DNA from: a virus
Lineage: Duplodnaviria > Caudoviricetes
Reading direction: 5' to 3' (one strand)
Length of the DNA: 60,437 bases
Virus record (IMG/VR): IMGVR_UViG_3300033148_004729
Location: 1-60,437 of that record
Shown here: piece after piece, positions 47,521 through 56,242 of the stretch
Position numbering within the stretch: position 1 is the first letter of the stretch
How the letters are laid out: every line of letters starts with the position of its first letter
Program-made: the position numbers and the translations under genes
The notes under the pieces: generated by a model
What the model was told of the DNA's origin: nothing
Databases searched by the model: none
Seen by the model: the letters and a program-made list of their open reading frames with translations, nothing else

Positions 47521-47559
47521 GGGGCACTCGTTGCCGGCGAGCGAGTGCCCCTGCTTTTT
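47521..47559 (+). terminator. Rho-independent terminator
   Basis: GGGGCACTCG/CGAGTGCCCC stem followed by TGCTTTTT. Confidence 0.8.
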
Positions 47560-47696
47560 GGTGGGTTTGATGATTGGGTTGTTGGTCATTTTTGTCGTGT
47601 TCGTGTTGCTTGTGATGGACCTTTCTGAGGTCAATCACGCTGAGAGGAAGCAGGAGTTGTCGTCAGATTGACCCGCTGATGTAGAATCGCGTGGGT

Positions 47697-47918
47697 ATGA
47701 CCATTCTGCCGGTACCATCGAGGCGGGCCGACAACCTTGTGCTCATCCTTTGTGATCAGTGCAAGAAGGACATACAGGTCTCTGCTGGCGTCAAGCTCCC
47801 GAAGCCCTGGAGAGAGGTCAAGATGAACGGGTGGATCGGAGTCATGCACGCTTGCTCTGATCACTGTGAGATCGGAGTTCGAGTCCGCCACGAGAAGAAG
47901 GAGTCGCCGTGCGAGTGA
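47697..47918 (+). CDS. Zn-binding small protein
   Basis: CDQC...HACSDHC. Confidence 0.55.
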   Translation: MTILPVPSRRADNLVLILCDQCKKDIQVSAGVKLPKPWREVKMNGWIGVMHACSDHCEIGVRVRHEKKESPCE

Positions 47919-48295
47919 GAATTCTGGTCGAGGTCATCGGTGACGATGGTCGGACGGTCCGTAAGCAGAGCGCCATCATCGTCCCGCCAGCCGTGGTCAA
48001 AACCAACAGTGTCGTGTGCGAGTCCCAGGATGACATCCTGAGATTTGTCTTGGACGACGTGGTGTCATCTGCTCTTGGTGCCGTTTCGCGCCCACAGTCC
48101 CCTCAGGTCGCCCTGGAGGAGGCTCTCTTGAAAGGTGGTGGTGCCTCGGGCTCTGGCGAGCCGAACAAGCTAGAGGCGATGCTCGGGCTTGACCTGATTG
48201 ACCACATGGACGGCATCGACTCCAGGAAGGGTGGCGGCAGGCCACAGATGACGCCTAGTGACCTGGCCCTTCCACAAACGGGCACGAGGAGATGA
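47909..48295 (+). CDS. Hypothetical protein
   Basis: SD AGGAG; operonic. Confidence 0.5.
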   Translation: MRVRILVEVIGDDGRTVRKQSAIIVPPAVVKTNSVVCESQDDILRFVLDDVVSSALGAVSRPQSPQVALEEALLKGGGASGSGEPNKLEAMLGLDLIDHMDGIDSRKGGGRPQMTPSDLALPQTGTRR

Positions 48296-48564
48296 TGACC
48301 TCTTCCGAATTGGCAGAGGCACTCGAAGGTAACAACCTCAAGGTCGAGGTCGAGAAAATCATTGCATACTGCCAGGGCCAAGCCGAAACAGCCAAGGGGC
48401 AAGCGCACCGGTATGAGAAGACCGGGGGCCCTCGGGTTCGGACGACTACGATGGTCGAGAAGAGGCTTCAGACGGCTACCAGCAACTACGCTGAAGCCAG
48501 GGGCGAGGCGACTGCCTACCGTGACGTGGTTGCTGTTCTCTCGGGTTTGCTGAGGAAGATGTGA
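48292..48564 (+). CDS. Hypothetical protein
   Basis: Overlapping start/stop. Confidence 0.5.
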   Translation: MMTSSELAEALEGNNLKVEVEKIIAYCQGQAETAKGQAHRYEKTGGPRVRTTTMVEKRLQTATSNYAEARGEATAYRDVVAVLSGLLRKM

Positions 48565-48773
48565 TGGACGAGCCCATCTGGGAGCCGTGGTTCCATGGCG
48601 GCCAGGTCGTCAGGGTCGAGGGCACCGAGGTCGATGGCGTCTTCGTGGTGGACGCCGACATCGTGATGCCGGCGGTGCTACCCGAGAGCATCACACTCAA
48701 GCTCGTGCCGAATCCGCACCCTTGGGATGAGACCGTGCTGGCCATGCGGGCCTCGGCCGGTAAGCTGGTGTGA
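48564..48773 (+). CDS. Hypothetical protein
   Basis: TGATG overlap. Confidence 0.45.
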   Translation: MDEPIWEPWFHGGQVVRVEGTEVDGVFVVDADIVMPAVLPESITLKLVPNPHPWDETVLAMRASAGKLV

Positions 48774-48775
48774 GC

Positions 48776-49102
48776 ATGGCGCTATCGAAGAACTTGGAAG
48801 AAGCAGTCAGGTCCAGATGGAAGCACAAGACGATCACCATTCCGGCTCGCGACAACAAGACGTTGACGTTCAAGGCGTGGGTCCTCGGCTCGTGGGCGGT
48901 TCACGGTCGGCCACCGGCAGCTATCACGCACATCCCGACTGGGAAAATGGTTGCGATGGGTGGTACTCAGGCTGAGACGAAGGTCGCTGTCGAGGAGATG
49001 GTCGACACTGATCCAGTCCTGCTCGATTTGCCGACAGAGGCGGGCGTGATGAAGCATATCCGTTTGCTGGCGAAGTGGTCCCACAAGATTCGAGGGTTCT
49101 AG
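48776..49102 (+). CDS. Hypothetical protein
   Basis: WAVH...ITHIPTG motif. Confidence 0.55.
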   Translation: MALSKNLEEAVRSRWKHKTITIPARDNKTLTFKAWVLGSWAVHGRPPAAITHIPTGKMVAMGGTQAETKVAVEEMVDTDPVLLDLPTEAGVMKHIRLLAKWSHKIRGF

Positions 49103-49226
49103 GCGCTGAGTCTACTTTAGCTCCTACCAGTAGCCCATCATTGTCAAATCATTTTACTTAGAGATTCCCTACAGATATTGCGTAGTATGAGCGTTTTGGA
49201 TCGCGACTGGATCGCCTTTTGAACAC

Positions 49227-49255
49227 TGGGGCTGGCCAGGGAATGACCAGCCCCA
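49227..49255 (-). terminator. Hairpin terminator between convergent genes
   Basis: TGGGGCTGG/CCAGCCCCA stem just after the stop at 49265; weak U-tract. Confidence 0.55.
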
Positions 49256-49264
49256 TTCTCCTTC

Positions 49265-49777
49265 CTAGAAGTTGTAGTCGTAGTGCTCGCCGCGGTGGCC
49301 GAGGCTGATCGTTCCGCCTCGCTGGCGGACTGTGGAGCCGGGGATGCGGTACTTACCGTCCTTGCGGAGCCGGGCGGTCTTGACGGGGGCCTGGAGGTCC
49401 TCCTCGTAGGAGTACCGCTGCGTGCCCTCCCAGTGGGCTGCGAAGCCTCCGGGGTAGACCTTCAGTGCGTCCGTCTTGCCGGACCCGGGACCGTTCAGCA
49501 GGGTCGCCTTGTCGCGGCGGAAGTACACCGTCTTGCCCGAGGGCGAGAACCCGACGATGGTCCCCGCTCGGGAATCGGACCAAGCGTGCTCCGTGCAGCC
49601 GTCGCCGGCCTTGTGGGTGACTTTCTCGACCCGCACGGTGTCCCACTTGGGGGCCACGAGGTCGCGGTGCTTCTCGGCCTCCTTCTTCGTGAAGAAGGTG
49701 AAGGTTCGCCCCTGGGCGAACTCCAGGGTTGCGACCACGATCCACAGGGTCAGGGCCTCTCTTGCCTTCTGCGTCAT
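49265..49777 (-). CDS. Conserved phage hypothetical protein
   Basis: GDG.T...WSD...GTI...SGKTV...LRK.G.YR...HYDYNF; strong SD. Confidence 0.7.
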   Translation of the reverse strand: MTQKAREALTLWIVVATLEFAQGRTFTFFTKKEAEKHRDLVAPKWDTVRVEKVTHKAGDGCTEHAWSDSRAGTIVGFSPSGKTVYFRRDKATLLNGPGSGKTDALKVYPGGFAAHWEGTQRYSYEEDLQAPVKTARLRKDGKYRIPGSTVRQRGGTISLGHRGEHYDYNF

Positions 49778-49810
49778 TTGCGGCCTCCTTCCTTTCTCTC
49801 TCACGCCTAA

Positions 49811-49838
49811 AATATGTGCATGAATGAGCGTCTGTCAG
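49811..49838 (-). promoter_or_regulatory. Promoter of the TTGACAGACG class
   Basis: CTGACAGACGC...CATATT, 16-nt spacer. Confidence 0.6.
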
Positions 49839-49982
49839 TAGCAAAAACGCAGTATTTACGGTGATGTACGAAGTCGCATACGACCTCGCATATGACCTTG
49901 TATGCGACTTCGCATATTGGAGTGGATTGTCTGGATTGAAAGCTGAATGATTACGTTGAGTGCGACGCGCGCGACGGAAAGA

Positions 49983-50261
49983 TCACTTCTTCACGAGGTA
50001 GGTGCCGATTCGGCATGGATCGTTGGGGGATTTTTCGATTTGGCCGTGTGAGTAGCAGGGGGTCTCGGGGTACCAGGGTCGGTCGTGGATGGCGCACGAG
50101 TAGGAGCCAGGCTTGTCGCCTTGGAGGTGTGGGCATCGCTCGGGTTGCCCGAGCTTGAAGCCGATGCCTTTGAGGTTGTTGTCGGCCAGGCCGAGTTCTG
50201 GATCCACAACGATGACGACCATCGAGGTCAGGCAGCAGTGGCCGCATCGAAGGCAGATCAT
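49983..50261 (-). CDS. YkgJ-like CxxCxxCC cysteine-cluster protein
   Basis: CLRCGHCC, CPHL, CAIHD. Confidence 0.7.
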   Translation of the reverse strand: MICLRCGHCCLTSMVVIVVDPELGLADNNLKGIGFKLGQPERCPHLQGDKPGSYSCAIHDRPWYPETPCYSHGQIEKSPNDPCRIGTYLVKK

Positions 50262-50527
50262 CAGTCTGCCCACAGCGGTAGGTCGTCTTTCAAGATGTCG
50301 CAGATGTGCTGGTAGACGGACATGCCACGCTTGTCGTTGCGTTCCTTGCAGGTGAGCATCGCCGCACGGTTCGCTGCGTAGGCACCGAGGACTTCTGTTG
50401 CTGCGACGTACCTGGGTCGTCGCTTCGGGAAGATCTCGCGTGCCGTCTTCACCGGGTGGAAATGGACGCGCGCCCAGAACGCCATCAGGGTCTTGTTGTC
50501 CAGCCTGTCGAGGTCGTAGGTCGTCAT
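50261..50527 (-). CDS. Hypothetical protein
   Basis: SD GAGGAG before MTTY; ends in C..I...LP.WA. Confidence 0.6.
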   Translation of the reverse strand: MTTYDLDRLDNKTLMAFWARVHFHPVKTAREIFPKRRPRYVAATEVLGAYAANRAAMLTCKERNDKRGMSVYQHICDILKDDLPLWAD

Positions 50528-50666
50528 GACTCCTCTTTCCATCATGGCCACCGGGTGATGATGGCCTCGGCGATGACGAACAGGATGATGATGACGCCCA
50601 GGGCGAGCCCCATCGGCACGAGGTCGAGCATCAAGTCGAAAGGTTTCTCATCGTCGGGTTTTCGGC

Positions 50667-50885
50667 CTAGTGTGGGCATGGCCACCTGGCTTCTTGCTTT
50701 CGGCTGACGTAGTAGCCGTCCTCCTTGTAGGCGGCGTGCTCCCCGATACCGGGAACGTCGTCGTCGGCGAAAGCGATGGCAGCTCTGGTGGCGTCGTCGT
50801 ATGCCTCGGGGCTGTCGACGGCTTTGTCGAGCATCCTTGGGGCGCCGACTGTGACGAAGATGCTCTCCTCGTCGGGTGCCTTCAC
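50667..50885 (-). CDS. Hypothetical protein; frame open further upstream, start unclear
   Basis: AVDSPEAYDD..RAAI.F. Confidence 0.5.
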   Translation of the reverse strand: MKAPDEESIFVTVGAPRMLDKAVDSPEAYDDATRAAIAFADDDVPGIGEHAAYKEDGYYVSRKQEARWPCPH

Positions 50886-51017
50886 CCTGGCAGCGTACTG
50901 CTGTGTTTCGTCGACCCACAGGATACGAATGCTGATTTTTCCGCTGTCTCGTTGTGCCCTTTTCGCTGCTCCTCTCAGGTGATTTTTCGGTGACGGCCGG
51001 GAGCCTGACCTTCCTCA

Positions 51018-51680
51018 TCAGTCCTCTTCGCCGAACGACGCCAGGAGGGTGTTGTAGGCCTCAAGGAACGCCGGGACCTCTTCCAGCTTGACGTACACGT
51101 CGTCAATTTGGATTCGAAGCATTGGGCCTTCTCCGTCCGTGGCGATCTCGGCGCTAAGTTTTTGGTTTCCAGTCTTGATGCTCAGGTGCTTGTTGTCGCT
51201 GTAGAAGCTGGATGCCACTCCGGCTTTTTCAAGGGAATGCTGCACGTTCCTGGCACGGATAATCTTTCGCTGTCTCTTTTCCTTGGCCATTTTGACGGAC
51301 TCGCGGATAAGGTCGAGACGCTTCAAGATGCACTCGTGGATACCTTTGAGGTTGGTCGAGCCATTCTCGTTGACCTTGAAGCGACGTCCCATCTTGCTGA
51401 TACTGCGATTGTGGATGTCGGAGGCCTCGACCTTCAAGCCAGCGATGTCGCCATAGAACGTATAGTTCGCAGCGACGATGGCGATGCTCACTATGTCGTA
51501 GTGCGCTTCTGTACCGGCTGTCGCATCAATACGGCAACCGTAGTCCCAGCTCTTGAAGACGTATTTGACGTGTCCGTGTTGCCCCTTGCCAGGAGATGTT
51601 TTTTGGAGTTGGGCTTGGAGCTTCTTCAGCCACGACTTCTCGGATTCATTATTCTTTAGTTTGTATCCGTAGTTTATCAT
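51018..51680 (-). CDS. Hypothetical protein (lower GC)
   Basis: 220-aa ORF with SD GAGGA. Confidence 0.65.
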   Translation of the reverse strand: MINYGYKLKNNESEKSWLKKLQAQLQKTSPGKGQHGHVKYVFKSWDYGCRIDATAGTEAHYDIVSIAIVAANYTFYGDIAGLKVEASDIHNRSISKMGRRFKVNENGSTNLKGIHECILKRLDLIRESVKMAKEKRQRKIIRARNVQHSLEKAGVASSFYSDNKHLSIKTGNQKLSAEIATDGEGPMLRIQIDDVYVKLEEVPAFLEAYNTLLASFGEED

Positions 51681-51689
51681 GACGTCCTC

Positions 51690-52283
51690 TTAGCTCTTCG
51701 GCCCGGAGCAGACGAAGATCTTCTCCTTGGAGTCTGGGACTGGTTGAAGCTCGACGGACCAGAAGTGCTCCACAAGGACAGCCTCAAGCTCGTCGCGGCC
51801 CTTCGCTCCTGGGGGCAGGTAGGGCCTCGGATCGGAGGCCAGGTTCGCAACCAAACGGCCACCTTCGGCGAGAGCCCCTTGCAATTGTTGGAGGGTGCCG
51901 AGGAGAGCCGTGAGTGATGGCTGGACGTTCATGACGTTCGAAGCGAGGACCGTCTCGTACTGCTTCGAGAGCGCATCAGGAGAGAGCAGACCAGCTTGGA
52001 AGGCTTCGTAGAACTTCGAGGCCCTTCCGCTTGCTTCGCCTTCTTCTGGCGCCCACTCGTAGCCGACGACCTCGTACCCCTCGTTGCGAAGCTCCTCGAC
52101 CTGAACAGCGTCGACCCCGCACCCGAAGTCGAGCATCGAGCCAGCTTTCTCGGGCGGTAGGTTTTCCCGTAGCCATCTCGGCACGAGAGGACCGGGGCCG
52201 CCACCGACGCGCCGTCGGCATGTGGCGCCCATCCTTTTGTACTCGTTCTTTGTTGGTTCGTGTTTCATGGCGTGACTTCTCAC
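51690..52283 (-). CDS. Class I SAM-dependent methyltransferase
   Basis: MLDFGCG, V.GYE, YE.VLASNVMNVQ; start at GTG 52283 or ATG 52268. Confidence 0.8.
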   Translation of the reverse strand: MRSHAMKHEPTKNEYKRMGATCRRRVGGGPGPLVPRWLRENLPPEKAGSMLDFGCGVDAVQVEELRNEGYEVVGYEWAPEEGEASGRASKFYEAFQAGLLSPDALSKQYETVLASNVMNVQPSLTALLGTLQQLQGALAEGGRLVANLASDPRPYLPPGAKGRDELEAVLVEHFWSVELQPVPDSKEKIFVCSGPKS

Positions 52284-52289
52284 GTCACT

Positions 52290-52317
52290 AACATAAACCA
52301 TAATGAGCATCTGTCAA
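52290..52317 (-). promoter_or_regulatory. Promoter of the TTGACAGACG class
   Basis: TTGACAGATGC...TATGTT, 16-nt spacer. Confidence 0.7.
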
Positions 52318-52379
52318 GAGGTGGTGCTTTCGATGGTGGTGATCTGGTGTCGGTAGGTAAGAAGCTTTGATTTCGTTCG

Positions 52380-53333
52380 TTACGCTGCTTTCTTCTGGGG
52401 CTCTTCGTTGGCCACGTAGCCGCCTCTTTCGGCGGCCTTCCGGAGCCACGTCACGGCCTTCTTTGCCTTGCTGGCGGCCTTGTAGAAGTACCGTTGGTCG
52501 TCTTCGAGGGCTCCCAGCCAGTGGCCGAGGTACTCAGCGTGCTGGCAGCGTCCATCAAGCTGGAACTCGGCCCCGAGGAACGCGGCCGTCAACTCGGCGA
52601 CAAGCTCCTCTTCGGCGTAGGCCTCCTTGCCGACGATGGTTCGGGCGCCGATGCCTCGTGCGAGTCGACTTTTGTGGCCGGTTGCGTGCCCGTACTCGTG
52701 CAGGTGCGTCAAGTAGAACTCCTCGATGGCTCTGTAGAGCTTCGCGGGTGGGATCCGAACTTCATCGATCAGGGGCACGTAGCACGCCTTGTCGCCGCCG
52801 TACTTGAGCCCGAAGCTGCTGCCCTCTTGTGCGCATGCGAGGAACCGCTCGACCCTGGCGTCACGTTCGTGCTCGGGAAGCTCTTCGGGGAGGTGTTTGA
52901 TGTACCTTGTGGGTTCCACTGTCGTTTGCTCGACGTTGTAGACGACCTGGGCACCGGACATCCAGAAGCGCACCACCTTGGGGTCGCCGTTGTTGTCGAG
53001 GACCGCCTGACCGTCCTTGTCGGTCTTGAGTCGCTCATCGGGGCGGAACCAGATTACGGCTCGACCGTTGTCCCACTCGTCTTGTTTGACATGGCCACCA
53101 AGGGCCTGGGCTTGCTTCCACGTCAGCCAGAGGGGATAGCTGTATTCCTTCACCGACTGGAGCGCGCCCAGGTACAGCGCGTTGACGCCGTTGTAGACGC
53201 GGCCTGTCTTTGCGTTCCGTTGGGCCCCGAGGGTCTGCCAGGGCTTCGCCCATGGCGCTACGCCTGCCTTGATGCTCTCCAGCAGGGTTTCCGCCTGGGC
53301 CTCGTAAGCATCCTGTGTTTTTGCCTTCATCAT
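52380..53333 (-). CDS. ardC: ArdC-family antirestriction protein (ssDNA-binding domain plus zincin-like domain)
   Basis: PW.KPW, N..TGR.Y.GVN.L.L, WLTWKQA..LGG.V, VYNVEQ, A.Y.P..D.V..P, HEYGHATGH.SRL.R, YA.EELVAEL.AAFL. Confidence 0.92.
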   Translation of the reverse strand: MMKAKTQDAYEAQAETLLESIKAGVAPWAKPWQTLGAQRNAKTGRVYNGVNALYLGALQSVKEYSYPLWLTWKQAQALGGHVKQDEWDNGRAVIWFRPDERLKTDKDGQAVLDNNGDPKVVRFWMSGAQVVYNVEQTTVEPTRYIKHLPEELPEHERDARVERFLACAQEGSSFGLKYGGDKACYVPLIDEVRIPPAKLYRAIEEFYLTHLHEYGHATGHKSRLARGIGARTIVGKEAYAEEELVAELTAAFLGAEFQLDGRCQHAEYLGHWLGALEDDQRYFYKAASKAKKAVTWLRKAAERGGYVANEEPQKKAA

Positions 53334-53357
53334 AACGCCCTCCCTGGTTGCATTACC

Positions 53358-53386
53358 AGTGTGGTCACATGGGATGCGTCTGTCAA
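53358..53386 (-). promoter_or_regulatory. Promoter of the TTGACAGACG class
   Basis: TTGACAGACGC...CACACT, 17-nt spacer. Confidence 0.6.
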
Positions 53387-53548
53387 GGCTTGCTCTGGTC
53401 AATCCGGTGCTTATGTTGAAGGTAATGGAGGTCGAGGATGCCTCCCTCAGCATCTACAAACTCGGTGAGGGTTGAGGAGGTGCTTGGGGGCTGAGAGAGC
53501 CGTGTGATAGATTCATATTTCGTAGGCGGCTCAAGATGGGAGCATGGG

Positions 53549-54799
53549 ATGAGTCTATCCAGTCAGCTTGATGATGCCCTTGCCGAATGGGCAATGGCGA
53601 AGCCCGGAGAGAAGCGTGAGCGTAAGGACGGGTACATCTGGCAGAAGCAGCGAAGCGGAGCGTGGAAGCGCCTCCACAAAGCCGCTGGCCGCAAAGCTGG
53701 GGCCGAGGAGGGTGCCGCCGTCGAGGCTGCCAGCAAGGCCATGAACGCCAAGGACGCGCCGGTGCCGAAGGGGCGCATCTGGATTGACCATGTTCCGGGG
53801 CTTCCGAACGACACCCAGAAGGCTCACATCGACACGGAGACCGGCGACTACAAGCCGGAGCGCAAGGCTCTCCACAGGAAGATCATCGAGGGCTTCCTGG
53901 CTGGGAATATGGTCAAGGGGGAGTTCGTTCCTGCTCAGGTTGTACCTGAAGGTCATCAGCCTGAGACACTGTTCATGATGGGCACTACGGCTTCGGGTAA
54001 GAGCAGCGCACGCAGAGAGGTCGATCCGGACCCGTTCAAGAAGTTCGGTGTTGTCGAGGTCGATCCGGATGCCATCAAAGCGATGCTTCCGGAGTACCAA
54101 AAGTCGATTTCCATGTCGGCTCGGGACGCTGCGAAGATCACTCATGAGGAGTCCTCTGACATCGCCGATCAGATCCGGAAGCTCGCCCTGGAGCAGAACA
54201 AGAACATCCTCGTTGACGGGACCGGCAAGACACTCGATACGGTCGAGAAGAAGATCAAAGAGGCGAAGGCCCGAGGTCATCACATTTCTGCGCTTATGCC
54301 GCACGTCCCGCTGGATCAGTGCAAGGAACGGGCGGACGACCGTGCTGAGAAGAAGGGGCGGTACGTGCCTCACTTCGTCATCGAAAAGTGCGCCGAGAAG
54401 GTGGGCAAGAACTTCATGGCGCTGAAGGACACGTTCGACACCTTCACTCTGTTCGACAACAGGACATTGGAAGGTGGCAAGAGGAAGCCACCAACACCAA
54501 TCATGAAGAAGCCGCCGGAGCCGCCGAAAGTCATTGATTCGGACTACTTCAAGCTGTTCTTGAGGGAGTCTGGCATCACGATGGAGTGGATCCGGTCCAA
54601 GGGGAATCTGATGACCGAACAAGATCAAGAGAAGATGGACTCACGAGAAGGTCCACCGCCGAAGAAGAAGCGCGCCGTCGACCCGGAAGCGTACGATGCG
54701 TGGTTCATCAATACCATCGAGGCCGAGAATGCGGCCAACGACGCGGAGCCCGCGGACTACAAGGTCGGCGAAGGTGTCGAGGAAGTCCTCGGTGACTAG
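53549..54799 (+). CDS. Zeta-toxin-family P-loop kinase
   Basis: MG..ASGKSS, VDPDAIK..LPEY, HEESS.IA, LVDGT, R...R....GRYVP, LFDN. Confidence 0.88.
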   Translation: MSLSSQLDDALAEWAMAKPGEKRERKDGYIWQKQRSGAWKRLHKAAGRKAGAEEGAAVEAASKAMNAKDAPVPKGRIWIDHVPGLPNDTQKAHIDTETGDYKPERKALHRKIIEGFLAGNMVKGEFVPAQVVPEGHQPETLFMMGTTASGKSSARREVDPDPFKKFGVVEVDPDAIKAMLPEYQKSISMSARDAAKITHEESSDIADQIRKLALEQNKNILVDGTGKTLDTVEKKIKEAKARGHHISALMPHVPLDQCKERADDRAEKKGRYVPHFVIEKCAEKVGKNFMALKDTFDTFTLFDNRTLEGGKRKPPTPIMKKPPEPPKVIDSDYFKLFLRESGITMEWIRSKGNLMTEQDQEKMDSREGPPPKKKRAVDPEAYDAWFINTIEAENAANDAEPADYKVGEGVEEVLGD

Positions 54800-54992
54800 C
54801 TCTTAGGGTTGCGAGGGCATGGTAGGATCAGGACATGATGAAGCGTCGCTATGAGAGGCCGACCTTCAAGCGCGTCAAGGGGCTCGATTTCGTGACGCGC
54901 TACCTCCCCCCGTGTACGGTCTGCGGGGTCCAGAGGACGTGTCAGCGTTGTGGTTCGTGTACTGCCTGTCACGGCTGCCGTTGACGACGATT

Positions 54993-55280
54993 TCAACTGA
55001 CCTTATCCATGAAGGCGCGGAGGGCCTCGGCGCAGAGCCGAGAGTAGTGCGAGGTCATCCCGTGGCGGTTTCCCAGGGAGCGCCTCTTGCCGTCTTCGAC
55101 GACGTAACAGCGATCCCACACGTCGGGACTCTCACCCTTCTGCTCGACGAAGAACTCGACCCATACGCCCGGGAGCGCGCCCATGCGTATCTGGCCACTG
55201 TCGGTCGCGAGGTGGCTGGCGTGGCCTGCCACATTGCCGACGAAGGTGTCGAATAGCTCGGCGGGGGTCTTGTCGGTCAT
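54993..55280 (-). CDS. Hypothetical protein
   Basis: SD AGGAGG. Confidence 0.6.
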   Translation of the reverse strand: MTDKTPAELFDTFVGNVAGHASHLATDSGQIRMGALPGVWVEFFVEQKGESPDVWDRCYVVEDGKRRSLGNRHGMTSHYSRLCAEALRAFMDKVS

Positions 55281-55636
55281 GATTGGACCTCCTTATCGAG
55301 GCATTCCGGGTGGACGTGCCATGCTCCATGTTCGTCTGTCACGACGGCGTAGCCGTGGGGTTTGGTGAAGCGGTCGAAGGTGAAGCTCCGGCCGAGTAGC
55401 TCACGTTCCATTTCGGAGATTGGCCGGGCTACGGTGACGGGCTCATCCTTGCGGAGGGTTCGCCACTCCTCGGCGGCGGCCTTTTCGCTCCTGGCTTCGG
55501 CGAGGGCCTCAACCCTGTACTGCGCGACGCAGCAGACGTTCAGGCCATTGGCGTGGTCGAGGCATTCCTGGCAGCATGGACGGCCACATTCGGGACACTC
55601 CGTGGTGGTGGATTCGTAGCAGGACGCACATTTCAT
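55277..55636 (-). CDS. Zn-finger protein
   Basis: CASC, CPEC, CQEC. Confidence 0.6.
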   Translation of the reverse strand: MKCASCYESTTTECPECGRPCCQECLDHANGLNVCCVAQYRVEALAEARSEKAAAEEWRTLRKDEPVTVARPISEMERELLGRSFTFDRFTKPHGYAVVTDEHGAWHVHPECLDKEVQS

Positions 55637-55902
55637 GACGCCTCTTCACGCAGGAACCACGGAGCTTCGCTGACGGTGCCGTCGGGCTCGATGCGGAATC
55701 CTCCAGAGCGCCAGCACGTTTTGTCGTCAACGCTCTTGAACACGTCACCGATGACGGAGCCGTCGTCCTGCTCGTCGCCTACCTCGAAGAAGTATTCGGC
55801 GAATAGCACGGTCCACGCATTCGAGGAGCCGGTGCTCTCGCGGCACACGGCCTCCCACTTCCTGAGCGTGTCGTCTGCTGCTGCTGTGCATGACCATCCC
55901 AT
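55633..55902 (-). CDS. Hypothetical protein
   Basis: SD; YFFE.G.EQ.DG...G.V...F.I.PDG. Confidence 0.65.
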   Translation of the reverse strand: MGWSCTAAADDTLRKWEAVCRESTGSSNAWTVLFAEYFFEVGDEQDDGSVIGDVFKSVDDKTCWRSGGFRIEPDGTVSEAPWFLREEAS

Positions 55903-55920
55903 GACGCTCTCCTTCCTCGT

Positions 55921-56157
55921 TCACGATGAACTATTCAATCTCTCCTTGACCGTCTTCTCGTGGTAGCGGCGGTCAAGCTCATCGCGGCACGTTGTGCCGC
56001 AGGTGCCTTCGAGCTTGTCGAAGTTCTTTCCGCTCCAGAAGTGGAGCACGCAGTTCCAGCAAGCGACTTTGCCGCACACGCGACAGGTCCAGGGTTGGCC
56101 GCTGTGACCTTGTGAGGTCTGCGCCCTGCACCCAGCCTGTCTAGCGGATTTCGACAC
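55921..56157 (-). CDS. Cys-rich small protein
   Basis: CRVCG, CWNC, CGTTC; SD GGGAG before GTG. Confidence 0.55.
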   Translation of the reverse strand: MSKSARQAGCRAQTSQGHSGQPWTCRVCGKVACWNCVLHFWSGKNFDKLEGTCGTTCRDELDRRYHEKTVKERLNSSS

Positions 56158-56176
56158 GTTATCTCCCTGCACTTGG

Positions 56177-56237
56177 AATATAATCATGCAAAAAGCGTCT
56201 GTCAACCGCTTGACAGTGCGCCATTGGTGGATAAGTT
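56177..56237. promoter_or_regulatory. Back-to-back divergent promoters
   Basis: Minus strand: TTGACAGACGC with TATATT (17-nt spacer, 56177-56205). Plus strand: TTGACA-16-TAAGTT (56210-56237). Confidence 0.7.
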
Positions 56238-56242
56238 TGAGT

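Noticed and set aside
49110-49200. AT-rich intergenic stretch with a minus-strand TTGACA as an antisense promoter or origin
   Set aside because: No well-spaced -10 element and no iterons visible
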